Assembly (NCBI RefSeq): GCF_009914755.1 | Contig: NC_060934.1 | Reading direction: 5' to 3' (one strand) | DNA from: the human T2T-CHM13v2.0 reference genome, Homo sapiens | DNA length: 64,000 bases | Shown here: positions 14,633 through 30,888 of the stretch, piece after piece | Layout: the number at the start of each line of letters is the position of its first letter | Numbering within the stretch: position 1 is the first letter of the stretch | The notes under the pieces: generated by a model | Told to the model about the DNA's origin: nothing | Databases searched by the model: none | What the model saw: the letters and a program-made list of their open reading frames with translations, nothing else | Made by a program: the position numbers and the translations under genes

Positions 14633-14787
14633 ATTATTAATATGTAACAAAATCTTTAAACATCTGAAACCCTATGGAATAATCTCACTTCTTAGGATCT
14701 GTCCTAATGAAATAATCAGAGATACACACTGTTTTGTATAAGGATAGTTATCCCAGTTTTAATTATGATAATAACAAAATTAGACTA

Positions 14788-15132
<345 letters not shown>

Positions 15133-15406
15133 CTATAATATGTATACACATACATAAAATTATGTTTTCAGGTATACAACAGCACAGGGAAATGCTCGTG
15201 ATACCACGCTAAATAATAAAGACAGGATACAGAACCCTAGATTCAATGTCATACCAAATTTGTTTATATACATATGTACTTGAAAGGGGAAAAAACACTG
15301 AAAGGAAACATACCAAAATGTCAGCAGAGGTGATGGACTCTGAGTTTTTGAAAAATTTCCTTATTTATACTTTACTGAATCTTATGATATTCTGTCATGA
15401 AATGTA

Positions 15407-15475
15407 TTAGGTCCAATCATATGAAATTGTCATTTTGCAGGTCAAAAATAGTCAAATATTGGCAATTTCATATAC
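15407..15475. mobile_element. MADE2 mariner-derived miniature element (partial)
   Basis: Inverted repeats tatgaaattg...caatttcata around aggtcaaaaatagtcaaatatt. Confidence 0.7.
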
Positions 15476-15716
15476 TTACTATACTTAACTTTATATACTT
15501 AATATTAACTTAAGTATATATAACAACATATATAATATCCACATTCTTATTATATAATTTAATATAACAATATTGTTTCATCACCAATCATCATTATTCA
15601 TAACTTAATATATTAACATATTACATAACTTAATTAAGTTATATATAACTATTTCATCATCAGAAAAAAACTTTCATAAATGAAATGCTGCTTAGGTTAG
15701 ATGAGGAAAATGCATC

Positions 15717-16009
15717 TTTTTTTTTTTTTGAGACGGAGTCTCGCTGTCGCCCAGGCTGGAGTGCAGTGGCGCAATCTCGGCTCACTGCAGGCTCCGCCCC
15801 CTGGGGTTCACGCCATTCTCCTGCCTCAGCCTCCGGAGTAGCTGGGACTACAGGCGCCCGCCACCTCGCCTGGCTAATTTTTTGTATTTTTAGTAGAGAC
15901 AGGGTTTCACCGTGTTAGCCAGGATGGTCTCGATCTCCTGACCTCGTGATCCGCCCGCCTCGGCCTCCCAAAGTGCTGGGATTACAGGCGTGAGCCACCG
16001 CGCCCGGCC
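15717..16009 (-). mobile_element. Young AluY (Yh3-like)
   Basis: Most CpGs intact; 14-bp perfect TSD gaaaatgcatcttt (15706-15719, 16010-16023). Confidence 0.93.
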
Positions 16010-19000
16010 GAAAATGCATCTTTAAAAATAGGTTAGGTATTTGGAAGCCTCAATGACAATAAAAGAAACATTGAAGAAAAGAATAAATGAGTAGTAAATC
16101 ACATAAGGCTCTAGTATATGGTACATGTGCCTTATCTGCCAGAGAGACTCTTAACCTGTTTTCAGGAAGCCAAAATCACATGTGCTGCTGAAGAAATCTA
16201 ATACAAGGTTACAACCAGCATTCTAAAAAGGTCTTAATTAGACATTGTTACTCCTCTAAAAGACCTAAAACTTTTCAGTTGTATTCACTGACATTCCATG
16301 CTTAAGATGTAATTGGTCCCTCAAATTGTTGGCAGTTCAGTGTAAATATCTCTTCAACTGACAACATTTAGGTCTAATGCTATGATTAATATATAACAAA
16401 GTACTTTCTTTAAACAAGAGGTAAATCACCAAGACATAAAACAAACCAGAATGGAGTATGTTGCTAACTGACACGTAGGTTTTTAATGCTTTCCACAGAT
16501 TTTTTCCTAAGGGTAGAATTGTGTATTTTACTATGAACAATAGAATTGCTATTTCCCTTTCCAGTCTTAATTATTAAATAACGCAACAGTCCCAGTTGAA
16601 GTCCTGGGACACCAAGTTCTCACAGACTGCTGTTACCATACCACACGTGTGATGACCAACTCTGCCAAGGCAGTCAAGTTGTTAAAATCTCACAAGATGT
16701 AAAAAATCATACTTAATCTGTGAAGTAATCATTTTAGGAGGACATCCTTAGGTTTCTTTAAGGTGACAAAAAACAAATGAGTTGGAAAACTTGTGTCTAA
16801 GATCAAAAGGACCTTGGAACATTAATCTTGCTGGGGTGGATTGGTATTAAGGCATTTGTTCAAAAAAAGAGAAAGAAAAAGAAAAAAGTCCCCAACATTA
16901 TGCACTGAATTTTTTTCCTAAGTATTATCCCTTCTGACTCCTCTTTTTTTTCTTTCCACAACTAATGTGAACACACACACATGCACTTACACACACTCTT
17001 TCTCCTGTCTTCTCTTTCACCTCTAAATTCTGTGTCACACAATTATTGCTTTGGCTAGCAATATTTTTATGAGACCTTAAGTACCTAATTAACATTTCTG
17101 AAAGATTAGAAGTCATTAAGAAAGGACTCAAACTGGATAAGATTTTTAAATCTTTTGGAATTTTTGGCTATTTGCAAAAATAGCTGTAAAACATCATCAT
17201 AGGTTAGAGTTTTATTCCCTTATCATCATGTATGTCAAGCTCCACATGTAAAGATACCTTAAATATTCCATTAAACTTACCCTTCTTTTGGTTTTGTTTT
17301 TAAATATCTTCAGAATAAAAAAAAGCCAAGTCTTTATCAAAGTGTTTGACTTAAATTATTTCATATGATCTTTACATTTCTATTTATTTCCTAAGTACAA
17401 AAGTCATGTAAAGTGATTTCAAAAGTAAACACTGCAAAACTCAGTGCTTAAGTAAAAAGGAAAAGTTCCTAGTAACCCCACTGTGCCAAGAGATAACCAG
17501 TAGCAACAATCTGGTTTCTGTTTCTCTAACTATTCTTCCTACACAGACAAGTTGCTTGCTTTTTTTTTTTTCTTTCCTTCTTTGGAATGTATCTTGGTGC
17601 TTCTTCCTAATAGTATCTAAATTCTTTCATTTACATACAGAAAAAACAATCTTTACAGGTAAACTATAAAGACAACCAATAAGCCCAAAACTATAAGGAT
17701 ACTTCACGATCTGATAACAAATCTGCCAGCCTATTGATTTAACCAGGCTATTCCCAAGCATATCTATAGAAAGTTGTTGGGAAAGATATTTGGTTATAGA
17801 TAATCCAAATTTTTAACAAGACATCTTCAATTCAAATCAAGATAATTGAGGTTTTAGTATCTGGGGGAGGGGTTCCTGTATTTTTCTAAACACCATTTAG
17901 TGTTTAAAGCATATATCAAAGCCCAACACCTCCCCTCCCTGGGCTGCTGGCGTTTGCAAGTCAGTGGACCTCAACATTCCTTCCATCAGCAGGCCCTTGA
18001 AACAAAGCACAAGAGCAAGGTTTTAATGAGAGAGATAACCCTTCTCATCCAAAGGAGGAAAAACAACATCTGTTAAAAACCCAAGTAAACTGCAGTAATG
18101 GGTTCAGCAATAGGCCCAGAGGACTTCAGAGAGATAGTCTTTGCTTATCAAAATAAAAAACACAATAGAACAATTGTTTCACTCCAACGCTCTGTGTTCT
18201 AAACGCTCTCCAGATTAATTAGCATGGAGTTTCGCCAAGCTCATTAAAAGAAAAACTAAGGACTCCTAAGGATGACTGGTGTTTACTGTCCTCCCAAACT
18301 GGCCAGTGAGAACTTGGGGGAGCCACAGACTTCTGGGCTTTCTGTACTGATAACATTTCTAGGATTTATTTTTAAATTGCATGTTAAAAATTAGACTACA
18401 AGAATCTTTTCATATTTACTTTTTTTAAGTGAAAAAATTGGTCCTTATTTATTTTCCTTGTGTACCTCCAACCCTGCTACATTTTATAGCTGCCGAACAA
18501 TAGACCACAGGCTTCTGGAATCTGTGACCACTCGATGAGCTATTTGATAACCCTGATGACTTTGTCAAGTCATCCAGAGCATGTGGACACTCAGGCCAAA
18601 CTTCTTTTTTCCCCGAAACAGGCTTTCTCCACCCACCCAAATCCCCTAATTCTCCTGGGCCTGCCAAGGGCCTGACCTTCCAGTCTCTGCAGCAAAGGGT
18701 GAAGTTTTACAGGAGGAAGGCCCAGCAGATTAAAGGCCTCTGTTCAACAAATATTTGCTCGCCCACTCCAGGCGGAGTAACAGTTTCTTACATGCTGCAT
18801 GCCCACAGTGACACTTAGAGACTTCAGGAAGCTTGTTAAGCTGGTGACTAAGAATTAGACACCTAATGTCAAGGTAAATAATTAAGTCCCAATCCACAGA
18901 CGTTATGGAAAACCAAACCACTTTAACAAACTCCCAATGTCACACGAAAACCAACACAAGTCCAATGAAATAGAATCTGCATATGATTTCCAAAAAAGCC

Positions 19001-19649
19001 TGTATGCATTCTTGCTTTGCCGGGTGGTCTTAAAATTCTAAAATGAACTGACATTCCCAAAGTTTTACCTGTACAGCCCATGACCCTCAGTTCACACCAT
19101 GCAGACTGCCTTTTTTTGCCAGAGCATTTCTGGCTGCCCGAATCCTACCCATCAGGCCCCTTCCCCCAAATCCCTGTATTTTGCAACCCTAGCCCTCAAT
19201 CTCTGGGTTATCTATTCCTTGTAAATCTGAAAAGACAAAAGACCGGAGAAGGAAAACAAGTTGTGGGAGAAACATCACATTAAACTGTCAGGACAGGAAA
19301 CCCTGGGAGTTGTGTGGTCTGCACCGCCCCACCCCTCTCCCCAAGACTAAGACCAAGCTACTAGATTTGGGGAGGGAATGAGGACACGGGAGGCGGGTGG
19401 AGTGCGTGCGGGGGTGGGAGAGTGGGTGTAGGTGTGGGGAGGTGATGTGCCCAAGCTAATTCCCCCAAGGCCTCTCTACTCCTTAAGCGCGTGGATGACC
19501 AAACACCAGGGCATGCCCAGGTAGCGCTGGCCTAAAGTTCTCGTTTTTATTTTCTTCTTCAGTAGTGAAATCACAGCTTCTTTACAAATGCCCAGAAGAA
19601 TCCCAGGCGCTCTGCTTCTTGACGGAAGCGAGAGGGGCGCTTTTTAGCA

Positions 19650-20780
19650 GCTAGTGCTGGGCCCCACTGTGGCCAGGGCATCGAGGCAAACCCTGGCATT
19701 TTGGGGGTGAACGGACCCCGACTGGAGACGGGGGAAGTAGAGGGTGCCCGCGGAGATCTGAGCGCAGAGACCCTAGGAGGGCGGGTTCCAGATCCCATAA
19801 ATGAGATAATTAACGGGATTTACAGCACTCCTAGGCGGGGCTCCTGCCCTTCTCCCATCCCACGCGCAGCCAGGAGCCGGGCGGCCCCGGGCACTCGCTG
19901 GGAGGCAGCTGCGATTAGCGCCCTAATCCCCAGCGCAGACCGCGCAGAGACCGGAGCGGGAGCGGGGCCGCGGCGGGAGCCCCCCACCGTCCCGGGCAGT
20001 CCAGACGGCCGGGGCAGCGTGGGAACTGGGACCTCGGGGACCCAGCGCGGCGGCTGTCAGCTCTGGGGTGAGGTCCGCGAGATCTGGGCGCGAGGGCGCG
20101 GGAGGGGTTGGTGGACACAGGCTGGGGAGGGCGACTTCGAGAGGGGAGTGAGTGACCCCGGCCCCCCAGGCCCTCCGCGCGCCGAGGGGCGACGCGAGCG
20201 CTAACGCCAGCCGCGGCCCGCGGTGCCCGCCCCGGGACCCCCGCGCTCCGAGCGGGGCACCTGAGGGGAGGGGACGCCCCTCCCGGGCTGGCAGGCGCCC
20301 TCCACCCCGAGGCTGCCGGGCTAGGCACCGCGCGGGGGGCCCAGGCGGGGCTGCGACTGGGGGTGCAGACATCCCCCACCGCCAGGGTGGCTGGAACCGG
20401 AGCGACGTCCCAGCTGGAGAAGTTGGGGGGAGTGCGGGAGGCTGCGGGTGAGGCCCGCGAAGCGCCGTGGGAGCGGCCCTAATGGACGGTGGGAGCCAGG
20501 AGGGTTAGACGCCGGGACTTACCGAGCGGCTCCCTCATGCCGCCTCGCGCCGCCACCGCCGCCGCTCCGGCCGGCCGGGGACCAGCGCGACCCGCCCCGC
20601 CTGCAGCCGCCGAGGCCGAGCATGCCCGGAGAACCGCCGTCCGCCCCGCCCACCGCCCGGGCCCGCCCCGCCCACCGCCCGGGGCTGCCTCCTCTGCGCT
20701 GAGGGCGGTATCCAGGCCACGAGCTTCCTAGGCTTTTGGGGTCCGCCTGCGTGGGTCGCGCAGAAGGCACAAGTGAGCTG
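19650..20780. promoter_or_regulatory. CpG island / TATA-less JCAD promoter
   Basis: About 1.1 kb of very high GC and CpG density; GGGCGGGGC SP/KLF boxes on the minus strand at 20641-20683. Confidence 0.9.
20523..20640 (-). other. JCAD: JCAD non-coding exon 1 (TSS approximate)
   Basis: Donor CTCG|GTAAGT (plus ACTTAC 20517-20522) inside the CpG island, just downstream of GC boxes. The 5' end is inferred. Confidence 0.75.
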
Positions 20781-20846
20781 ACCACCATTCCCTCTTTTCT
20801 TGTCACTTGGGTTTGGGCCACGTCAACCCTGTGGAAATGTCCAAAG

Positions 20847-21190
20847 ACACACACACTCTCACAGATACACAGAAAGCAAACATATTCATATCACACAAAC
20901 ACACAAAGATGTATGCAAACACACTCATATACACCCACACACAGATGCACACAAACACACTCACAGGAAACAGGCGCACACAAACACATATACAGGACAC
21001 ACAGGTGCACACACAGTCACAGACAAGTGCACACACACTCAAATACAGTCACACGCAGGTGCACACAAACACACCCATATACAGTCACGCACAGATGCAG
21101 CCAAACACACTGACACATATACATACATACATGGGAACACAGTATGGCTATACACACACACACACACACACAAACGCACCCACATAACAC
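20847..21190 (+). repeat. CA-rich degenerate simple-repeat tract upstream of the promoter
   Basis: Repeated cacaca/cacaga/tacaca units ending in pure (CA)n. Confidence 0.88.
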
Positions 21191-22289
21191 ATCGATATTA
21201 TGAAGAGCAGAAAACAGTGATGGTGACAACAGCTTGGGATTTACTTCTTTCAAAAAAAAGTCTGAAGGAGTCTGGAAGCCACCTTCAGATCAGCTGGCCC
21301 ATACTCTCCTGTGGCAGAGGAGGAAACTGATGACAGGAGCAGGATTTGCCTACAGGGCAGGGGTAGGAGGAGAGATAGGAGGAGGTCAGTGGGAGAGTTC
21401 AGACCAGAATGAACATTTGGGGTCATTTGGGTAACCCCAAACCCACTCCATATTTCTCTTACAGCGGGAAGGGGCAGAAAGATTAGACTGCTGCCTGGGT
21501 CTGCTCAGGGCGAACGTTTTCATAATTTTGGAAGGCAGACAGAAGACAAAAAATGTGAAATATTGCTGATGCATTGGGGAGAGACAGGGAATGTTAGTTA
21601 AGTCCACCCAGACAAAACATGGATGGCACAGCAGACTGGTGACCTTGCCAAATTAGTTTTCAGAAAACTACTTAGCCACATCATGATTTTAGGACTGTAT
21701 TTGCTGTCGAAACACCAATAACTAACTTTTTTTGCTCTATTACCACATCTGAGCCCTTCCTATGTATTATTTCTTTTAATCCTCATCACAGTTTGATGAT
21801 ATGGGCACCACTTTACAGATGAGGAGTGGGCTCAGGGACGGGCACAGATGGCAAGCTGCAGAATCTAGCCCAAGACCCTCGCTCTGAACCACCAGAGCAA
21901 GGTCGTTTCTTTGTTCTCTTGAATCATATGTTCCTCATGGTTAGTAGCAACGTATAATCTAACACAGCATAAAAGCTAAACACACTATTGCTGGAAAAGA
22001 ACGAACAATGTAATTGAATGTTGTATTGTGCATTATCAGGAGTGCGTGGGAGGAAACCAGATGGTGGCGATAGGAGCAGGCAGCATGATTAGGGGCTCGA
22101 GAACCAGGTAGCTCAGGTCCCGGGCTTGGCTTCTCTGCCACTTTCTAGATGTGGTACTTTACTTCTGTTAGCCTCACTTTCCTCTCTAACAAAGTGGGGG
22201 TAATGATGGTTTGCATCTCATAGGAGAGTCATGAGAATTCAATGAGATGATGCCTTCTTATCACTTAGTTCAGGTACATGTAATAGTCA

Positions 22290-22699
<410 letters not shown>

Positions 22700-23571
22700 C
22701 TAGGGAGAGACACAAAGGCTGGGAAAATAGGATTCGACAAAATTTAAAAGATAGAAAAGGAAATGCAGACTTTTTTTTTTTTTTCTGGGGAGTCACAGTT
22801 ATTAACAGCAGTGATATTACTTCTTGTCAAAAAAGCATCATTCGATGATGGATTTCTTCAATGACTTATAGAATTCCTGTTTCTCCTCAATTTGCCAACT
22901 CAATGAAATAACTTTGTCCTGGGGTGGAGCACCTCTATGTGCCCAGCATGGTGCAGACACCTAGGGAGCCAAGTATTCCTGCTAGAACATTTATCAGTCA
23001 GTGAATTGAGATTAGGATGTGTTTCCCCACAGAACAATGTCATATTGTTGGGTTTCTAGGTCAACCCCATGGAAGTTTTATAATGTACCTAAGGGCTGTA
23101 GAGTTGCAAAACAACAGAGTAGGGTTGCAGTAAATCAGAAAACAACACTGATTCAATGCTAGGAGCTAAGCTAAACCAAACCAAATCAAGTTTAATAAGA
23201 AATTGTATTTTAGCAGAAAGGCTGGCAAAGGCAGATTCAATTAGGGGAATGTAATGGGATTGAAATACTGGAGATTCTAGAGAAGATGACTTCACAATTT
23301 CAAGATGCTTGTGGTTTCTTGACCCTGGCTCTTTATCCTAACATCCTCATTTCAAAATGTTTGGCTTCCGTCTTTCCTCAGTACTGATGTATCCCTAGCC
23401 CTGCTCTAATGTTTTCCTGGCATGACTAAGGCCATTTCAAACAAAGAAGCAGAATGAAAAGATGGAGAGAGAAGATGGTGGTGAGGCTGTGGATGTGGGG
23501 AGAGGGGCAAGCAGAAAGGTGGAAAGCTTTTCTAAAGATCTGGGAATAGAATTAACAAAGAGGAAAGAGGG

Positions 23572-23930
23572 TGTATTATTCTATTCCCATGCTGCTAATA
23601 AAGACATACCCAAGACTGGGTAATTTATTAAGGAAAGAGGTTTAATGGACTCACAGCTGCACATGGCTGGGGAGGCATCACAATCACGGTGGAAGGCAAA
23701 GGAGAAGCAAAGGCGCGCCTTACGTGGCAGCAGGCAAGAGGGCATGTGCAGGAGAACTACTCTTTATCAAACCACCAGATCTCATGAGACTTATTCACTA
23801 TCACAAGAACGGCATGGGAAAAACCCGCGTCCATGATTCAATTACCTCCCACTGGGTCCCTCCCACAACACGTAAGGACTATTACAACCCAAGGTGAGAT
23901 TTGGGTGGGACACAGAGCCAAACCATATCA
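23572..23930 (-). mobile_element. THE1 (ERVL-MaLR) solo LTR
   Basis: gctaataaagacatacccaagactgggtaattt...gagccaaaccatatca; TG..CA termini; near-TSD gaggg/gagag. Confidence 0.92.
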
Positions 23931-24772
23931 GAGAGTAAGGTTGAAAAGATGCATGAGTATGAGCAGGTGATTAATCATAAATGTAGGAAGATAATAAAGA
24001 TAAAAGGTAATGAGGAAAATCCACTGGGCCAGTTTCCACACCGGTCACCAGTACATGGACAAGGGATGGTGGGCAAGACGTGAGAGAAACAAGCCTAACC
24101 TCCTAATTCCCTTATCCCTACCCACTCCCACTTTCCTGCAATTTGGGTCTCTTGCTTCCACTTACTTGATCTTGGGAGATTTAAACACAGGAAAAAAAAA
24201 AAAAACTCGCTTATGTGATGTAAAATATAAACTATGATTGAAAACAGCATTTAACATGAAGCTGTTAGAAGTCTGGCACAGCCCTGGGAGCATGTGCCAG
24301 GATCCAGCCCTGGATGCCCAATGTCCCCGCCTTTCTTGAGTCCTGGAGAAGGGATTTCACAGACTCAGGAAGGAACTTGGATTATTGAGTCATTGGGCAG
24401 ATGTGCAGTAACCAGAAAAATAATGTTTAACCGCCTGCTTAAAGAAAGAAAAAAAATAAAAGCCAAGATCTTGTTTCTCTAACTTACTGCCTGTTCAAGG
24501 ACCTAGAGCAACCCTCCTCCCTCCCTGCTTTAGGGCCCTTCTCTGTAGACTATAAGGTTTCCTTTAGCTGATTTAGATATTGATTTTGTTTTTCTTAGTC
24601 TGTAAAGACACTACCAGTTCTCATTTTTTAAAAGATTAACGCTCTTTTAAAAAAAAAATTTGTTGTCTTCACTGACACATAATAATTGTACATATTTATG
24701 GGGTACAGTGTGATGTTTTGATGCTTGTATACATTCTGTAATAGTTAAATCAGGGTGTTTAGCATATCCATC

Positions 24773-25528
24773 TGCTATAGTTTGAATATTTGTTTCCTCC
24801 AAAACTCATGTTGAAACTTAATCCCCAATGTGGCAGTGTTGAGAGATGGGATCTTTTTTTTTTTCAAGATGGAGTCTTGCTCTGTTGCCCAGCCTGGAGT
24901 GCAGTGTCGTGATCTCGGCTTACTGCAACCTCCGCGTCAGGGTTCATGCAATTCTCCTGCCTCAGCTTCCTGAATAGCTGGGATTATAGGCAAGTGCCAT
25001 CGCACCCAGAAAATTTTTGCATTTTTAGTAGAGTTGGGTTTTCACCATGTTGGCCAGGCTGGTCTCGAACTCCTGACCTTGTGATCTGCCTGCCTTAGCC
25101 TCCCAAAGTGGTGGGATTACAGGTGAAAACCATTGCGCCCAGCCCAAGAGATGGGATCTTTAAGAGATCATTGGATCCTGAAGGTTCTGCCCTCATGAAT
25201 GGATTAATCTATTCATGGATTAATAGATTAATGGGTTAATGGATTAATGGGTTATCATGGCGGGGAACTGGTGGCTTTATAAGAAGAAGAGAGACATGAG
25301 CTAGCATGTGAGCATGCTCAGCCCCTCACCATGTGATGCCCTATACCACCTTAGGTTGACTCTGCAGAGTCCCCACCTGCAAGAAAGCTCTTACCTGATG
25401 CAGCCGCTTGACCTTGGACTTCTCAGCTACAAGAAATAAATTTCTATAACTGTAAAAAGTAAATTTCTTTTCTCTATAAATGACCCACCTGCGGGTATTC
25501 TGTTATAAGCAATGGAAGGACTAATACG
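24773..25528 (+). mobile_element. MST-family MaLR LTR containing an Alu
   Basis: tgctatagtttgaatatttg...ggactaatac; 5-bp TSD ccatc (24768-24772, 25529-25533). Confidence 0.88.
24854..25144 (-). mobile_element. AluS inside the MST LTR
   Basis: TSD agagatgggatcttt on both sides. Confidence 0.93.
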
Positions 25529-25619
25529 CCATCACCTTATACATTTACCATTTCTTTGGGTTGAGAACATTCAAAATCCTCTCTTCTAGCAATTTTGAAA
25601 TATACAATACACTTGTTAG

Positions 25620-26009
<390 letters not shown>

Positions 26010-26059
26010 AAAACCCCACATTCTCGATAAAACCTTGAGGTCTCTCTTGTTGGCTTGTT

Positions 26060-26440
26060 TTAGAAAGTCAGGCAATAGTGGTTACACAGAAACTGGCAAG
26101 GATCTTGTGAGGATAGAGAGTATATTGGTGGGTACCAGAGGCCAGGAAGGGTGGGTTTGGATAAAAAGAAGCTGATTAATACATACAATATACACTTAGA
26201 AGAAATAAGACCCGGCATTTGATATATCAGTACGGTGTCTATAGTTAACATTAACCAATTGTTCATTTCAAAATAGCTGGAAGAGAATACTTTGAATGTC
26301 CCTAGCATAAAGAAAAGATAAATATTTAAGGTGATGGATGTCCCTATTACCCTGGTTTGATTATATGAATTTATCAAATTATTACATGGATCCTGAAAAT
26401 ATCTACATCTAATATGTATTAAATAAATAAATAAAAAGCT
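26060..26440 (+). mobile_element. L1MA-type 3' end
   Basis: atttcaaaatagctggaagagaa...gataaatatttaaggtgatggat... followed by an A-rich tail. Confidence 0.78.
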
Positions 26441-26547
26441 GCCAAATTGAAAAAAATCTAGAAAGGATTTTATGTCAACAAGTGCTAATAAAACTTGTTT
26501 TTAGTTATTGCTATGCTTTATATTAATTCACAGACTATATCGCATAA

Positions 26548-26934
<387 letters not shown>

Positions 26935-27789
26935 TGACTAAAGGCCAAATTCCTGGGCCTCATCAAACCGATGCAATCAGAATTTCTAAGTTCTACCTTT
27001 GAGATCCTGGAATGTGTACTTTAAGGAAATGCCCAGATGATTCTCACATACAGTAAAGTGTGAGAAGCAGGGATGGAGCACAATAAATAGAAATGATCTG
27101 TGTCAAGAGAGGAATGGATTGATTGACACGTAGTATACAGTGCAAAGACAGTAGCCGTGAACATCATTGTATGATGATGGAGAGTCACATAGCAACATCC
27201 TTCACTAATCAAGTGCATTAGATGTTTACTGTTGGCTTAGAAGATTTGACGCTAACTGAAACAAAACCTACAATGCTGGGGACCAAGAAGAGAGTGACAA
27301 ACAGTTTTTCAATCCTATACCTCCACTGTGAGGAGATTGAATCTGCATAGTTACTGCATGAGAAAAATCATTTCTAATTGTTTGCTCTCCTCGTGTCAGC
27401 TTGTTCTCACGTAAAGCCACATATTAATGGAAAACAACTCTGTTACACTCACCGTAGCAAAGAGCTGCTGTTTACTAGTGGTAGAAAGACATTCCAAGCT
27501 TCCCCCTGCCTGCAGTTTATAAAATTCTTTGCCAAATTCATAAGGAGGCCTCTTGAGCGGTGGTGCCCTCCAGGGAATGGCAGTGGCTGTCAGGGATCCC
27601 GCTGGTACCGGGGGGATGCCAATGTGGCTTCAAGCAGACAGGGGTGTGGCCAGCACCAGAGTGGTCCAGACGTGGGCACCCCTTGGGCTGCCTCTCCCAC
27701 CATTCCATACCAGCTAATCAAGAATAAATCAAAATTAACTCAAGCATTTTTTAACCCCATATGACTTTTTGTTTTTAAAATGGGAAATA

Positions 27790-28225
27790 GGCTGGGCTCC
27801 GTGGCTCACACCTGCCTCAAGTGACTGAGGCAGGCAGATCACTTGAGGTCAGGAGTTCAAGACCAGCCTGGCCAACATGGTGAAATCCCTTCTCTACTAA
27901 AAAATATGTGCTTGTAGTCCCAGCTACTCAGGAGGTTGAGGTACAAGAATCACTTGAACCCAGGGGGCACAGGTTGCAGTGAGCCAAGATGGCATCACTG
28001 CACTCCAGCCTGGGCAACAGAGTGAGACCCTGTTTCCAAAAAACTAAAAAATAAAAATAAATGGCCAGGTATAGTAGTACATGCCTATGGTTCCAGTTAC
28101 TCAGGAGGCTGAGGTGGGAGGATTGCTTAAGCCTAAGAGTTCAAAGCTACAGTGAGCCATGATCATGCTACTGCACTCCAACCTGGGCAACACAGCAAGA
28201 CCCTGTCTCAAAAAAAAAAAAAAGA
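27790..28225 (+). mobile_element. Internally deleted Alu followed by a second Alu right arm
   Basis: Alu motifs with missing segments; extra monomer at 28063-28225. Confidence 0.85.
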
Positions 28226-28324
28226 ACTATGCAAATAACTGTGAACTACATTAATTGTAAAAAGAATGCCTCCATTTGGGGAGAGAATGGTGTATCAGGC
28301 TTTTATTAAGTCAGTGATGCCTAG

Positions 28325-28778
<454 letters not shown>

Positions 28779-28785
28779 TGAAGTA

Positions 28786-29514
<729 letters not shown>

Positions 29515-29699
29515 TCAAACTCCCATCACACATGGAAGCTGCTGGTGCAGTACTGCATTTATCAGGGCATATCTTGGATTTGCTTACATGATACTTGGTT
29601 CAGCTACTGGATTCCGAATACCTGGTAGAAGACACTGTTCATCCCTGCCCTAACTGTGTTTTCTTAGTTTGGACTTAGTTTGTTTATTTGGCCTTCATT

Positions 29700-30150
29700 A
29701 ATCACAGGGCCAAACTAACAGCCAAGGTTACTCACACCTCCCCTGTGATCCAGAGCCTGCTCTCTCAACCACCTCCTTATCTGACTCTTTCACAGCAAGC
29801 CAATATTTTCCCAGCCCTGAATCAACCCAGGGCTAGGTCCCAGACAACTAGGGATAACTGTGTCCCAAAGCCACTGGAATTATTCCAACTGGCCAATCCT
29901 AGGCTCTTTCCCTTGTCTCTCCTTGCCTTTCCTGTGAAAATCCCAGTAATGGCTGTGGCCAAGGCCTTCTCACTCCTTTCTGCCTCCTGATCAGCACTGG
30001 TGCTTACCCCAGGCTTTGCATGGCCTGAGGTGCCTCTTGTTTATAGGGCAACTGTGAGTAACTTTAATCTTTGCTTTCAATAGCATTGGCCTCTCAGATG
30101 TCACTTAGTCACCTTTATAAATTATGACCCAGGCACAAATCAGTTTTTCC
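29700..30150 (+). mobile_element. Old ERVL-type LTR (MER54/73/74-like)
   Basis: ggccaatcct...ccttgcctttcctgtgaaa...tctgcctcctga...caactgtgagta motifs. Confidence 0.55.
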
Positions 30151-30357
30151 GTTGACCACAGCCTGGCACCATACCTTTGGACAGGTAGATGAAACATGTC
30201 TGTTGAATAGAATTTTTGAATACCTCTGAAGTGGAAATGGTCGCTTCGGCTCACATTGTGGAAATCCAGAGTGGGGAATCTTCACCATAGGAGTGGGGGC
30301 CAAAGCATTAGGTGAGGACTGGGGCTGACCAAAGGAGTGAGGCAAAATGACCAGAAT

Positions 30358-30888
<531 letters not shown>

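Noticed and set aside
15470-15660. AT-rich tract with an 18-bp palindrome (15625-15642)
   Set aside because: Low-complexity expansion next to MADE2; no evidence of function.
19571-20854. Many overlapping Pro/Gly/Arg/Ala-rich ORFs
   Set aside because: Stop-codon depletion expected in a CpG island; no recognisable domains.
20736-21330. His/Thr-rich and Cys/Val-rich ORFs
   Set aside because: Translations of the CA/TG repeat.
27560-27580. CTCF-like motif (similar case near 57766)
   Set aside because: Several mismatches to the consensus; cannot be supported without a PWM scan or ChIP data.
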